64,000 bases of DNA, taken from the NCBI GenBank assembly GCA_951406725.2, contig OX597825.1:48918001-48982000 (forward strand). Reading direction: 5' to 3'. Source of the stretch: Octopus vulgaris. Its lineage: Eukaryota. Position numbers and translations under genes: made by a program. Under the pieces are notes generated by a model. The model was not told the DNA's origin, made no database searches, and saw nothing but the letters and a program-made list of their open reading frames with translations. Below, piece after piece: positions 1-12,299 of this stretch (the stretch's first letter is position 1; each line of letters begins with the position of its first letter).

Positions 1-505
1 AAAATGCGAAAACAATATGAAATGGAAAATACGAAAATATGAAATACAACCTTTTTTTGCGAACAACGAAAGAAACAAACGGAAAACAAGACAAGCAACA
101 CGAAAAATCGACCCTGCATCAGTTGCTAGCTGTTTTTCTACTTCGTATTTCGAGCAATTCACAACAAGATACGTTTTCAGCATAACAGTTGCTGCCGCAA
201 AGCAAATTAAATAGAATCTGGGATTTTGCAGAGGGTCAAAGTTGGTAACAAAAACAAGACAGTGAAAGCAGACAGGAAGGGCTGCTAAGCCTAGATGGGT
301 TGAGTTGATGAACGCAGAGAAAGAAGCTCTGACAGGAGACAGACAACAACGGATGAAGGGTCGTTTTTTCGTGTTGTTTGTCTTACTTCCCGTTTATTTC
401 TTTCGTTGTTAGCAAAACAGTTCGTATTTCATCTTTTCGTATTTTCTATTTCTGGTTGTTTCCGTATTTTATGTTTATCTTGTGTTGTTTTACGTTCCGT
501 GGTGT
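1..505. mobile_element. Inverted-repeat (foldback) element, probably Penelope pLTR-derived, cut by window start
   Basis: 1-~135 is the approximate reverse complement of ~335-470 (aacaacgaaagaaacaaacgg..acacgaaaaatcgaccc vs gggtcgttttttcgtgt..ccgtttatttctttcgttgtt). The inner arm ends resemble a CTGATGA half-motif. The family assignment is inference. Confidence 0.6.
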
Positions 506-1412
506 CCTGTACCCATACATGCATGTATATACAAGTATATGTATGTACATATGTATGTGTATTTATATATATATATATTTATATTTATGAAGATAGTGGG
601 AGAGTAAGAGTAAAATATTTTAGAAATGAATTAAAAAATAATAAAACTTTCAGATTTTTATTCAACTAATTCATTCAATAAGCACTATTTTGTGGATTAC
701 AAGAGAAAGAATATTTCTGAAAAAAAAAATCATGAATGAGCTACCTGTATATCTGGCCTGAGAGAAGCCTTACAAAGTGCAGTAGATTTTGTCGCTGAAG
801 TGAGTCCCAAGCCCAAGAAACAAATGTTGGTGTCGATGTCCCATATCTTGTGTTATTGAGTTACCAGGTTATTGATTGGTAAGATATCTTGGCTAGATAT
901 ACCTCACAGCACCTTTTAAGACTACTAGTTACTTGTGGTTCAATACTCTGAGTCACAGCAATTGTAACTCATGCGAGTAGTTTCATATATCTGGAATTCC
1001 TCTTTTTTCAGTAAGGAGGGATGCAACAAAAACAGATTAACCGTATATAGAAAGACATCAAATAGATCACCAAATGGATCTTTGACTCATATAGATCAGA
1101 CAATAATAGTTTAAAAGGTTATGCACGAATACAAGAGCCTCCTATTGAAGTATCTGTACCAATTATAGATTAACTAAATATCAGATAACAGATTTTCACA
1201 AAATATCGTCACTTCGATAACTATCTACTGAAACATGAAGGTTAGATGACTTAATTATGAAGTAGGACCAATCGCACTGTCTCTGTTTCCCTTGATTTAA
1301 AACCACTATGACACATGCTCCGCGTTTATAATATCAAACCCTAATGGTATAAATTCCACTCATACAATAGCCATTATTTCATCACACTTCTGATCTAATT
1401 ATACTGCATTTA

Positions 1413-1745
1413 CGTGGTGGTATCAAAAACGTTTCCAGACTGGTTACGTCTAATAAAAATCATTTTCCTACGTTTTCACATCATTTCCTTCGAAAAAGTC
1501 ACCTTGCACAGCAATACATCGGTCCCAGCTTTCCAGCCACTTTTAGAATTCAGCCTGGAAGTCGTTTTCTGTAATTCAGTGAAGGACATTCTGCGATTTA
1601 CTTTGGATCTCGAGACTGATGTTAAAATGGCGACCTTTGAACTGGTTTTTCATCTTGGGGAAAAGATTGAAGTCCTCAGGTTCTAAATCAGGTGAAAATG
1701 ACAGGTGGGGAAACGATGTTGTCTTTGGCGAGAAAGTCACGAGTG
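1413..1745 (-). mobile_element. mariner transposon 3' remnant
   Basis: Minus ORF HLSFSPDLEPEDFNLFPKMKNQFKGRHF resembles the mariner HPPYSPDLAPxDFxLFP motif. TA at 1411-1412 is followed by TIR-like cgtggtggtatcaaaaacgtttccagact. Confidence 0.85.
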
Positions 1746-2130
1746 AGGTGATCTCGATGATAGATTGCATTATTTTTGCGTACATACATACATACATACG
1801 TACATATATACATATATGCATACATACATACATACATTAATTTATAAATACACACACTTAAAGATTACATCTCAATGAGAATATTAGCATATAAGTACGC
1901 ACAGAAGTAGGTACAACAGAAAATAAAGTAAATTTACAAGCATCAATTTATTTACCTGAGTTTGAAATTACATCTACGCCATAATTTTAACTTTATTCTT
2001 ATTCTATTATCTGAAGAACACAAACATTAATCACTTGAATAGCTCTCCTGCAGAATGCCGACATCAGTAACACATACCGAATGGTTATTGAAGTTCATCC
2101 ATATTCTAGTGAAAGGATAGTTTGGAGTAA

Positions 2131-2137
2131 CGGCAAT

Positions 2138-2170
<33 letters not shown>

Positions 2171-2228
2171 ATAACATAGCTCCTGCGCAAGAATGACACG
2201 CAAATTCGCGAAGCGTCCCATATTTTTT
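2131..2228 (+). pseudogene. U6: U6 snRNA retropseudogene (5'-truncated by about 10 nt)
   Basis: cggcaatacatatactaaaattggaacgatacagagaagaataacatagctcctgcgcaagaatgacacgcaaattcgcgaagcgtcccatatttttt matches canonical U6 with about 9 substitutions. ACAGAGA box intact; AGC triad mutated to AAC. Confidence 0.95.
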
Positions 2229-2293
2229 AATCAAGGCAGTGCCCCGGCATGATCGCAGTCTAATGACAGAAACAGGTGAAATAAGATAAAAAA
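2229..2293 (+). mobile_element. SINE/LINE-type 3' tail fused to U6
   Basis: tcaaggcagtgccccggcatgatcgcagtctaatgacagaaacagg..aagataaaa matches the SINE 3' ends at ~37590-37650, ~48640-48700, ~53020-53085 and ~54710-54780. Confidence 0.85.
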
Positions 2294-2611
2294 TGTATTC
2301 AAGTAATTTTTCAGACTCAAGAAGACATTATGAGTTAATTTCAAAGCTTTTGTATTTTGGCAAATGATTTTAATGAAAACCCTAATCCTCCTTATCTTGA
2401 GATAATCTATTTAAAGGTAGGAATGAAACTGGATTATTGCATCTTTTGAAAGGGAAACTGAGTTGTACTATAGTTCTTAAAATGAAGATGACAAACAGTG
2501 AATGCAGCTTTCCACTTATTCAGTTTGTGGTGAGTGTTGCACATGACACGATATCCTATTGTTCTGTGTTTAAATTAGTCTAAAAACAAAATAGCCGTCA
2601 GGAAAATTTTG

Positions 2612-2845
2612 CCTAGAATTAATATTTACTCTGATACTCGGTTATGTAGTTAATGTAAGTGTCATACTGACCCCTCTTCCCTGGTAGGTTGCTATGATAG
2701 AATGAATATGTATTCTGTTGGTAGGATTAATATTTACCATGATAATCGGGTAGGTAGCTAGCATAGAATTTATACTAACTAGAACTCGGGAAGGTAGCTA
2801 GCATAGAATTAATACTGACTCTGATACACGAATAGGTAACTGACA
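2612..2845. repeat. Degenerate ~40-bp minisatellite
   Basis: Recurring units such as tcgggtaggtagctagcatagaatt(t/a)atact(a/g)act and tagaattaatatttactctgatac. Confidence 0.6.
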
Positions 2846-3399
2846 AAGCATTCAATTAGACTCGCTTTTGCTTAAAATCACAATAAGTGAAGAAAATATG
2901 CTGGCTATTATCACATAGTTCATAATTATTGTTGAAAAGGAAGTATCATGAATTGAAATATAAAATAGAATCACTATAAACAGGTAAACTCGCAGAGCAA
3001 TGAATCAATACAAAGCTTTATATGGGTGCTGTTAATAGTAATACGTAGATCGTATAAAATGGCTGTGAAAAAGTAATTGGTTCAGAAATGTGAGGAAAAT
3101 AACGTCATGAATCACGGAGAATAGAGTGTGTTTGTGAGGTTGGAAGAGCTGATGAAAGATGACATGAATGAAGAATTTCTGGGGAGATGGCTTGAAAAAC
3201 GAGCAAGGAAAAAATAAGCAGAAGGTGAGAAAACAGAGAAAATGGGTGATCGCGAGAGAAAGAGAGAGGAAGAGTCAGAGAGAGAGAGAGAGAGGAATAA
3301 AGAAAATGAAGAGAGGAAGAGGGAGAGTGAGTAATAGGAAAGAGGAAAAGAGGAAGGGAGAGAGAGCGAGAGAGAGGAACAAAAATAATGATAGAAACA

Positions 3400-5060
3400 A
3401 ATTGGAATAGAAATTGTTTGGATAGTTTCTAGGTAGATGAATGAAAGTGTTAATGTGGTTAAATGTATGTTATGGGCAATACACTCCTGCTTTGAAGCTT
3501 GAGACTGAATGACATAAATATAGGAAGAGATTCGAAGAGTTAACGACATAAAAATTTCATATGAATAAACATTCTGGATTGCAATTATGAAAAATTTGTA
3601 AATGAAAGTGTAGCAAACTTAATAAAGAAATATAATAAGATGGAAAAGATTTAAGATAAATCTCGTTCAAAGTGTACCAAATGTCCTCCGGATACTATTT
3701 TTATAGTTGAGTCAGAACCCTTTCCAGGGTCTCTGTAAATGCTGGGAGAGATCTTGCCAGGGTTTTTTCAGCAAAGTGTATTTCATGAAAGATTTTTAAG
3801 AGAAGTATAAAATAAAATAGAAAATTATAGCACCAAAATTCTGGTATAATGTGTTTATAACGTGAAAATGATCAGGGATTGTAGCATCTTATGCTGTCTA
3901 TGATGAATTATAGGAGGCAAACTATGAATGAAGTTGAAAGAATGGAAAGGATGTGTTTAATCACCAATATTGTCAAGCTAGATACATAAAACCCGGAAAC
4001 GAAGAACATGGAGAAAGTTGAGATGGATTAGCTCTGAACCTTATATGTCAGCTGAGTGGTAACATGATCTCCAGGAATGGTATCTCATAGGTTAGACAAA
4101 TAGTTAATTAGAATAACGATTTAAATACTTTCTCAAACCAAGTACTCCTTAAAATACAAATAGAATGTTGATTCTTGCGGAGTGTTGTTGATAATTCGCC
4201 AATGTTAATCAGGAGACTAAATGAACATCGAAAGTGATCCAGTTTCTCCATTCCACTAGCCGAAGAGGATCTAGAAGTAGATAAGTTTATTTGAAAATTT
4301 AGTAAGGTACAAGATTCCTTGGTGTAATTTCTATAAAATGTCACATACACTTTCTAATATACGGTATTATAACACGGAAATGATAATCCAAAGGAAGGCA
4401 CGGCAATGTCACAAGATTCATTGGAGGAAATATGGCAACTATGGACTGGAGAAAGAGAAGACGTGTTATTGGCTAACCCTAGAAGAAGAAATTGAGAATG
4501 ATGGGCAACTCAGGACAATAAAATGATGAAAACACAACAGAGATAATGTGAGATGTAACGATCTGATGTCATAATCAGACTGAGCATCGAAAGTTCGACG
4601 AAGAGGAAAGAAAAACATGCTTAATTGTAGATATTGTAGCGGTGATGTCAGAGTCTCGGAAAGAGGAGAAAAGAACCAAGTTATAATAATTTGAAGTATG
4701 AAATATGTTTATATATATAAACTGTAGAATATTAAATAAAGCACGTAAGGAGGAAGAAGTTAGCTGTTGGAGTGATAGATCACAGGAAGGCCTACGACAG
4801 TGTCGAATACAGTTAACTCTTGGAATGTCTGAGGACGCTCGAAGTCAGTGGAAAGATAACACTTTTTTGGAGAAAGCAATGAAAGAATGTGAAGTAGAAC
4901 TGACATGCTCAAATGAATCGCTAGATGACGTAAAAGTATACTGAGAAAATCCAGGCTTGCTTATGAGTTTACCAAAACCAAGGTAAGAATATATCACCTA
5001 CTTTATGTAGATGACCTCACGATATATACAAAAAAAAGAGATAGAGAAGTGTTGGTTAAG
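3400..5060 (+). mobile_element. Highly degraded R4/Dong-like non-LTR retrotransposon fragments
   Basis: Decayed motifs: IHW..KYG (~4420), LIVDI..KEEK..KY (~4620-4700), IDHRKAYDSV (~4775-4805), HLLYVDDL (~4995-5020). Motif order is scrambled. Confidence 0.6.
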
Positions 5061-5159
5061 ACTGAAGAATGGAAACCTGAAAAAAGACACAGAAATATTT
5101 ACAATACTTGCTGAAAGCCAGTTATTGTGAACGCCAGCTTAACTAATTCGCTATTCCGG

Positions 5160-5790
5160 TCTCTCTAAGCCTAACACTTCAAGAGTTTAGCTTCCAGTAA
5201 CTGGGTCCCTGCCATCGAAATCTATTTAGGTCTGAGGTCTGTGTAGCCGACGATTTTAAAACGTGGACAACTTATACTATACTTATGTACTGACGTACAG
5301 AATATTCTGGATGACCCGATGTGGTTCCTCCACGTCCACATTGGCGCAGCCAGTAAAGAATGTTTTAGCAGGTCAACGAGGGTTTGCACTCCTTTGCTAA
5401 CAGGTAACCTCACAATGTAAATGTGCGTCCAAGACAGCTTTTCAGCCCTCCTTTAGAACTAAAGTTTGAGACGTTCTCAGGAGAACTTACAGATATTTGA
5501 AGAGATACGGCTGTTATGCTCCTGTCGGAGCATAAACAGCCATCGCTCTGCTCGCTACCGTTCACATTTAGGGTCAGCAACTTACTTTCCAGGAATACAG
5601 CCTTTATTTTCAGATCCAGATCTGACCGGAACAACACCGCAGTCCCCGCCTATTCCTGGTTGATATGGAGATAAGACAAACTTGCATCGTCCGAAAATGA
5701 GGTCAGTGAGTAGGTGGTCCTGTTTCCAAGGTGACCCCGGGTCATGTACATTTTTACTGACTATCCTGAGGAAGGACATGCTGGATAATG
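5160..5790 (-). mobile_element. Tx1/L1-like LINE AP-endonuclease remnant
   Basis: Minus-strand peptides SMSFLRIVSKNV..SPWKQDHLL and DLKIKAVFLESKLLTLNV resemble the N-terminal endonuclease region. Frameshifted. Confidence 0.55.
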
Positions 5791-5959
5791 AAATAAACAG
5801 AGAAAAGGGGGATAGAGAGAAAGAGAGAAAGAGACAGAGAAAGAGAAAGAAAGAGAGAGAAATAGATAGATAGACAGATAGATAGATAAATAGATAAATA
5901 GATAAGAGAGGGAAAGAGAGGGAGAGGGAGAGAGAGAGAGAGATAACTATGCATCGTAG

Positions 5960-7300
5960 TTTTGTGAGGAATGAGGGATACAAGTTTCGCACCTCTGGTT
6001 AGATGTGGGCGTTTCCACAAGTAGTTCTGTGTTAAGTCTTTTGTTAACTTTGTTGTAAAATGTCCAAGCCTATCAGGGTGTTTGTTTTTAATGTGTAATA
6101 TTTGTTTTGTTGTATTTGTATGATTTTTATGTGTGTAGGTATGTTGGTTGTCGGTGTGATGTAATTGCTCAGAGTGATATCTGTATGGCTATATATGTAT
6201 TCAATTGGTGATTTTTTGGTCGTGGTATGAAATATAGTTTATGATGTTTAAATTTTGTCCCAGTTGGGTTTGGTGATCAAACTGTTGTGCGTGTGAATTA
6301 GGTTGTGTTTGTAGTGGTGGTGTATTAGTGCTGGTGGTTGTGTTAGTGATGGAGATGATGTTAACAATGTTAGTGTAGCCGTGGCATGGGGTGGTTTTGA
6401 GCATTGTTGCTCAAAGTCACCTCGCCCATTTGTTCGTATCCACCAGATTTTTCTACTGGTGTTGGTGTGTTTTTGTTCCACTTCTTTTTCTTGTTCTTGG
6501 CGACCATTTGCCATTTAGGCTCGCCATGGTTCCCATCATTACAGGACATGTCTGAGTGGTCCGAAGAAGGGATGGATGTGTTTAGAGGAAACGTTTTTTG
6601 TGTTTTGTTGAAGTAGCTGTTATTGTGTTAGGAGTCTCTGATGTTGTTGTTGTTGATGGTGGTGGTGTTCTTACTGCAGTAACTATTGTTGCTACTATTT
6701 TCGCAGCTGTTACTTTTGGTCCTGTTTCGGTGATGTGGCCACTTCCCTCTGTTAGTGCTGTTAATGCTGTTTTTACTGCTGCTGCTGTGGTTGATGTTGA
6801 TGTTGATATTGTGGCGATGATGGTGGTGACGGTGGTGGTGGTGTGTTGGTACTAGTTAGTGGTGATGGTATCAACTAAAGCGTTGGTTTCCTCTTCTGTT
6901 GGAAAAAGCCTTTGATGTGATTCGTTTCTCTGTATAGTTGATACCATCGGCCTTCAGCCCACTGCGACCATCTGGAAGGGTTATAAAGTCCGGGATGGCC
7001 TCGGCCTATATTAAAAACTGCATTCACTGTCCTAATCAAATCTGCTTCTGCATTGTCTGTATCTGTAGAACACTGGTTTTGTCTTTTATGTCAAGGAGAA
7101 ACGCTGCCATCACCCTGTAGATGTTGATGTCCGGTGTTATATTTATTATTCTTATTTTAAACACTCCTCGGCTAAGGAGAATTTGGATGGGAAAGAGTTC
7201 GTGACTTTCTAAGGTGGTACTTGAGTGCTTTTTGACTTCTTCCTCTGAGGCGAACCTCACTTCGACAGTTCAATATTTTTTAGGCCCCTGGCAACAAATT
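5960..7300 (-). mobile_element. Degraded LINE ORF1-like region with Thr/Asn-rich low complexity
   Basis: RFASEEEVKKHS..KIRIINITPDI and DFITLPDGR resemble the gag-like ORF1 of L1/Tx1-type elements. Many stops. Confidence 0.4.
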
Positions 7301-7724
7301 GGCCGCAAACATGTTTCTATCTGCTGGTGTGCTGCTTCTATATTTTGTTCCAATTATTTTTAGAACCGTCCGCAAACTAGTTTCTCGATGGAGAGATCAG
7401 GAACATTTAGTGCCACGCTTCGCCCACATATTTATTTATAAAGTTTTTTCCCGTATTTGCCACGACAAGTGGGCAAAACGAGCAGATTTGCATGTTTCGG
7501 CGTTTCTTATTGTCGTCTTTTTCATTAATGATACTGTTAGTCCTGTTGATTGTGGTGGGTTTGCTATTGCCGCTGGCGGCGGTGGTGGAAGAGGCCTGTG
7601 TTCCCGCTAGTGCTGTTGCATTTTTTTGTTGTTGTCATCGATTCCTTTTGTTGTTCTGTGATAGCAGTGCTGAAATATTTAGCAATGGAAAGTTACGTTC
7701 ATACATTTCTTGTGCCCGCCATAT

Positions 7725-9100
7725 CATTATTATTATTGTTCAGAAGTTTTATCTTTATAGCGTGCTTTCACTTCACTACCGAGCGCAGCTCTGTGTGCCT
7801 TGGGTATGTGCTGTGATTTGTTGTGATGCTCTGATGGTTACTGTATTGAAAGTGTTCTGCGTAAGATATGTGCAGTGCCTAGTAGTGCAATTTTCTATAT
7901 GTTATGTGTTTGTAAGTCCTGGTGTTTTTGCTATGTATTTATCTGAATATTTTTTATCATGCCTAATGCACCTTCTATGATAGGAATGAATTGTTTCTGT
8001 TTTTAGATTCCACATTCGAGTTACTTCTATTTCCAGGTCTTTGTATTTTGAAAGTTTCTCCATTTCTTTTAGAGACACGTTGTCATCTGCTGGTATTGAT
8101 ATATCAATTAGAAAACATTTTTTCTTCATGATCTCTGATAACTATATCTGGTCTGTTGACCTTAATTTCTCTATCTGTGTGTATTGGCATATCTCAGAGT
8201 ATGGTTGCTTTCTCGTTTTCTGTGATTCTGTCGTGCCTGTGAATATATTCACAGAGATAATATGATTTATTGCTTCTTGTCCATCTCCGCATATTCTGCA
8301 GTTACTTGTTATATTTCTTTTCATTATATGTTTTTGGTAATTTCTGGTAGGGAGGCTTTGATCTTGTGCTGCAATTAAAAATACCTCTGTCTCTGCTTTG
8401 AGTCCCGAGCTTCTCAACCATTGGTGGGATTTTTCTTTGTCTATTTCTTTTGCATTTATTTTAGTCCAGTATTTGCCATGAAGGGGGTTTTCTTGCCATC
8501 TTTTTATCATGGTCTGTTGCTGTTCTAGTTTTAGTTTGGATTTCATTTGTTTTATAGATTTTGTTGTGTCTTCTTCTTCTTCTTCTTCTTCTTCTTCTTC
8601 TTCTTCTTCTTCTTCTTCTTCTTCTTCTTCTTCTTCTTCTTCTTCTTCTTCTTCTAATTCTTCTTCTTCTTCTTCTTCTTCTTCTTCTTCTTCTTCATAT
8701 TTGTTAGGTGGTATGATTTCTTGTTTGTATTTGTCAGCTTCCTTAAATAGTGAGGACAATTTTTTGTTTTGCTCGTGTTTTGCTGCTATTTGTATCAGTT
8801 TTCCTTGCTTCTGAAGTAGGTATTTTTGCAGGTGGTTATTTTATAATAGTTTTCCAGCTTTATAAAGCCTCTACGGCCTTCTATACGTTGTATATATAGC
8901 CTTTCTATGTCAGATTTTGGGTGATGCATCCTAGATCATGTCAATAATTTTCTTGCTTTCCTATCTATTTTAGTTAGTTCATTTAGCATCCAGTTAAGGA
9001 TATTGTAGCTGTAACATATAACTGGGACGGCTAAAGTGTTCATACCTATTATCTTCGTTTTAGTATTGAGCTCTGTTTTTAGTATTGATCTAACTCGTCT
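7725..9100 (-). mobile_element. R4/Dong-clade retrotransposon 3' portion (zinc knuckle plus RLE endonuclease)
   Basis: LHGKY..QWL..GLKAETE.FLIAAQDQSL.TRNY..CRICG..E.INHIIS, then CFLIDISIP.D.NV..KE.EKLSKYKDLEIE (RLE). The 3' UTR ends in (TAA)n at ~7725-7740, matching Dong-type microsatellite targeting. Confidence 0.9.
8569..8696. repeat. (TTC/GAA)n microsatellite, about 42 units, inside the R4/Dong ORF
   Basis: Near-perfect triplet run that translates as poly-Glu in ORF 8142-8759. Confidence 0.98.
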
Positions 9101-9103
9101 ATT

Positions 9104-9257
9104 TTCACCATGTCACGCACATATGGTCGTGATGCATGTGCCTGGTGTACCCTTATCAAACGGGTAGTCATGATGGGTATACTGAGCTCCGTAAATTTTA
9201 CCTCAGTGTCACTTTGATGGCATGCACTGCTCTCTCACTCAATAATAATAATAATAG
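9104..9257 (+). mobile_element. Retroposon 3'-end fragment ending in (TAA)n
   Basis: GC-richer segment ending ctctctcactc(aat)5, abutting the 5' truncation point of the minus-strand Dong-like copy. Confidence 0.5.
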
Positions 9258-11149
9258 TGAAACAGTATAATCATCGATGTTTCACAATCATCGATGTGTG
9301 TATTAAACATGTATTTCTGGACAATGTCTTAGTCAAACATTTTGTGCTTAATATCTAATTTCCATAGTTTCTACATTTGATTCCTGTCAAACGGTGTTTT
9401 ATGCATCTACCGTTGACACATTTAGATAACATAGATACTTCTAGAAGATTTTGTTCGAGATGAGGTGATGTATCCTAACCTCAATAATCAACAACTTCTT
9501 GTCTATACCAACATAAAATAGTTGCTATGTCATAATGATGTTTCTTATTTTGTTGAGTTATTTCTAAATAATATATAAAATATGCAGCACTAAAATAAAA
9601 AAAGTCATAAAATATCTCCAGTGTCCAGCGATGTGTCTATCATTTCTGAACATCCGATTAATGTGTCAAAAACTATTTTGACTGTAATTTTAACGAGAAC
9701 TGTGTCTTGCTTCTGTTATTTTCTAAAGAATTCAAATTTCGATTTTGAATTCACCGTGAAGAAGATTGACAACAAAGTTCAATCTTAGAGAAGAAGAAAC
9801 AAACGTTCTCTCTTGCTGAAAGCCAAAACCTGTACTATTTAATATCCTTTTTTTGTGTGTATTTTGTATTCTGTTCAAAACTTCGGTTTTGTTTGTACAT
9901 AAAATTCTGTCTAATGTAAAGTTTTCTTTTTCAAAGAGTTGTCGAGACAAGGATAAGCTTGTAAAGGAATTAACTTTATACAGCTTCTGAGTTGATTTTA
10001 TTTATTTTAAATTTCGGCTACTGAAACTAGATTTAGTCTGCTATCTTCATTAATTTCTAGGTTTGTATTACTGGTTTTTACCAGTTTTAAGCTGTCATTT
10101 TCATCCGTACTAATGTCGTAATATATATTTTTAATTCTAAATTTGTCATATTTTCATAAAATAGCTTGTCTCAGCAGTGTCTAAACGTAAGTAATTCTTC
10201 CTCCATATATTAACAATCTCTAGGAACATGGGTAATTAATGAGTGAATATTCCATTTCTCTGTCTTGTCTCACTGTTTTAATGAAACTTTATTCTAAGAT
10301 TTATATGATGGCACACATTGTTGAATTAACAGAACATATTTTACCCACCTATGCTTGGAATCTTTTGAAGATATATAACACAATAAGTGGCCATCACTTT
10401 TACACCGCAGTTATAAGATATTTTCAAATTTTATTCATTAATTCTATGGTCCATTGTGTATGCAGAATTAATTATTTAACTCAAATATTCCGATAATCAA
10501 AACACAATGCTGCATCATTATTCTCTGTCATCTAAACATCAAGTATCTTCTAAGATCTTTCCATTTAAAATCAAAATAATACTACGTAGAAACAGAAACA
10601 ACAATACAGTAAATTAGTCAAATCATTTAACAAATCTCTCGTGCATCCTAAAAAAATTACTGACCAGGTTATTCGTCAGGTGAACAGGATGATATTAATG
10701 TTTATAAATAATTTAACTGAAATTTCATCTGATTAGAAATACAGTTGAAAGTAAACTTTAAATTTAAGCTCCTGTGTCTTCATGTACTAATCATGCTGAA
10801 TATAGATTTTCTCCAACCGATTTAACGAACGTTATCTAACACACGACTTGAATACAAGAGTGTAGTATTCGACATTGCAATAATATAACATTATTTCTTT
10901 GACATAAGGTCACAATGTTATAGTGAATGGTGAGAATTGGTATAAAAGCTAAAAACTACACCATCGAGGATATATTTGAGTTGGGCAAATGTATTGAGGC
11001 ACTGTGACGAACTCGTTTTTGTTGCAGAAATTCACGATAATGATGAAGACAGAAGCATGGGGACGGTATAAAATAACGTAAAATGGAGCTTGTAAACAGT
11101 GAAAATGATAATATGAATTTTAGCAATGAAAAATTCCCCAAAAGAAGGT

Positions 11150-12050
11150 GAATTCATTCCTAGGGCTGCTCACAAAATCCTCACAAAACCACTTTCTAGG
11201 GAAAGTGCCGTCTCCTAATTGTCTGTAGGCACATATTTAGTGTAGGCCCCTTTCACTCGGACCATTCTTACAACATTCGGCCACCTTCAACAATATTGCT
11301 TGGAGGCAACACTTCTCTATCTACCGCCACTTTTCCCTTCAAGTTATACTTGAAAAAGTTGATGACAGCTTGGTCAAAAAGGAAAGTATCCGTCATCAGC
11401 ACTTTCAATCTGGTCTACCACACAACCTCTTTAGTTAAAAACTGCTAGACAAACAAACACTGCCCGCCCTTACCAGCCAAAGGAATGTGGCGGGACGATC
11501 TTCACAATGAACTTCGCCGATAGCCGGATCCGCCCTACACTTGACAGCAGATGTTCGACATAAACCCACAGGTCAACAATACTGCGTTCATCACGGACAA
11601 GCAAGGCTGACGGCCTGTAGAGTTTATCCCACACTAGTAACGCTCCCCATTAGCACCGCCAGGCCAAGGATTTCTTGAAATTATCCATATTCCCCGGCGC
11701 GAAAGTCCTCCGGAACAGAGCTGCCAGTTGATTTTCGTCGACGCCCAGGGTTTCCCCATCAATGCATGGGCCGCCACTAACCCTCTATAGAACCTCCACC
11801 AACCGCATTACCAGTATGACAGAGGATTGTGTCAGGTGCCCTGCTTCGGTCTACGCTTGATCCAGGAATGTAACTCAAAGAGACGAGCTATGGAAGAACG
11901 AGGCAGCCAAACAGCAACCACACCTGCTCACCATGAAGGAAGCGCTAGAGATGTCGTAGTCTCAGCGCATGTCAGCAGATTGGCAGCCTCAGCATGCTCA
12001 GTCCATCATCCAGAAGTTGTTGACAACAAATGGAGAACTTAACAAAAATA
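11150..12050 (-). mobile_element. Tx1/L1-like LINE C-terminal remnant
   Basis: Minus translation GETLGVDENQLAALFRRTFAPGNMDNFKKSLAWRC..DKLYR..DLWVYVEHLLS; raised GC. Confidence 0.6.
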
Positions 12051-12299
12051 ACGCATCCCTTTCACTGAAAGCAAACGTGTATGCGCTCTAGTTTGGTCAG
12101 ACGTAAACTGGAGTGAGGCACGACATTCAGGAGGTGGTATATAGCAGAGACAAAGTAAGCCATATTTGCCCGACCATTCAGAGACAGTTTTCACTCTGCC
12201 CATTTATGGGTGAGATTGGCTATCCTGCTCGTCACCTCGTTTCATTCGTTCGCTACATGGAAATACGGACCAAACAAGATCCGAACAATTTAACCGTTC

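Noticed and set aside
2131-2228. Functional U6 gene
   Set aside because: The 5' stem-loop is truncated, the catalytic AGC is mutated, and I see no recognisable PSE/TATA arrangement.
2612-2845. CRISPR-like spacing of repeats (also 18030-18076)
   Set aside because: Eukaryotic context, no unique spacers and no cas genes; these are ordinary tandem repeats.
9300-10190. Very old Gypsy gag/protease (minus FEKENFTLD, LDTG)
   Set aside because: The motifs are too short and stop-riddled to support without a profile search.
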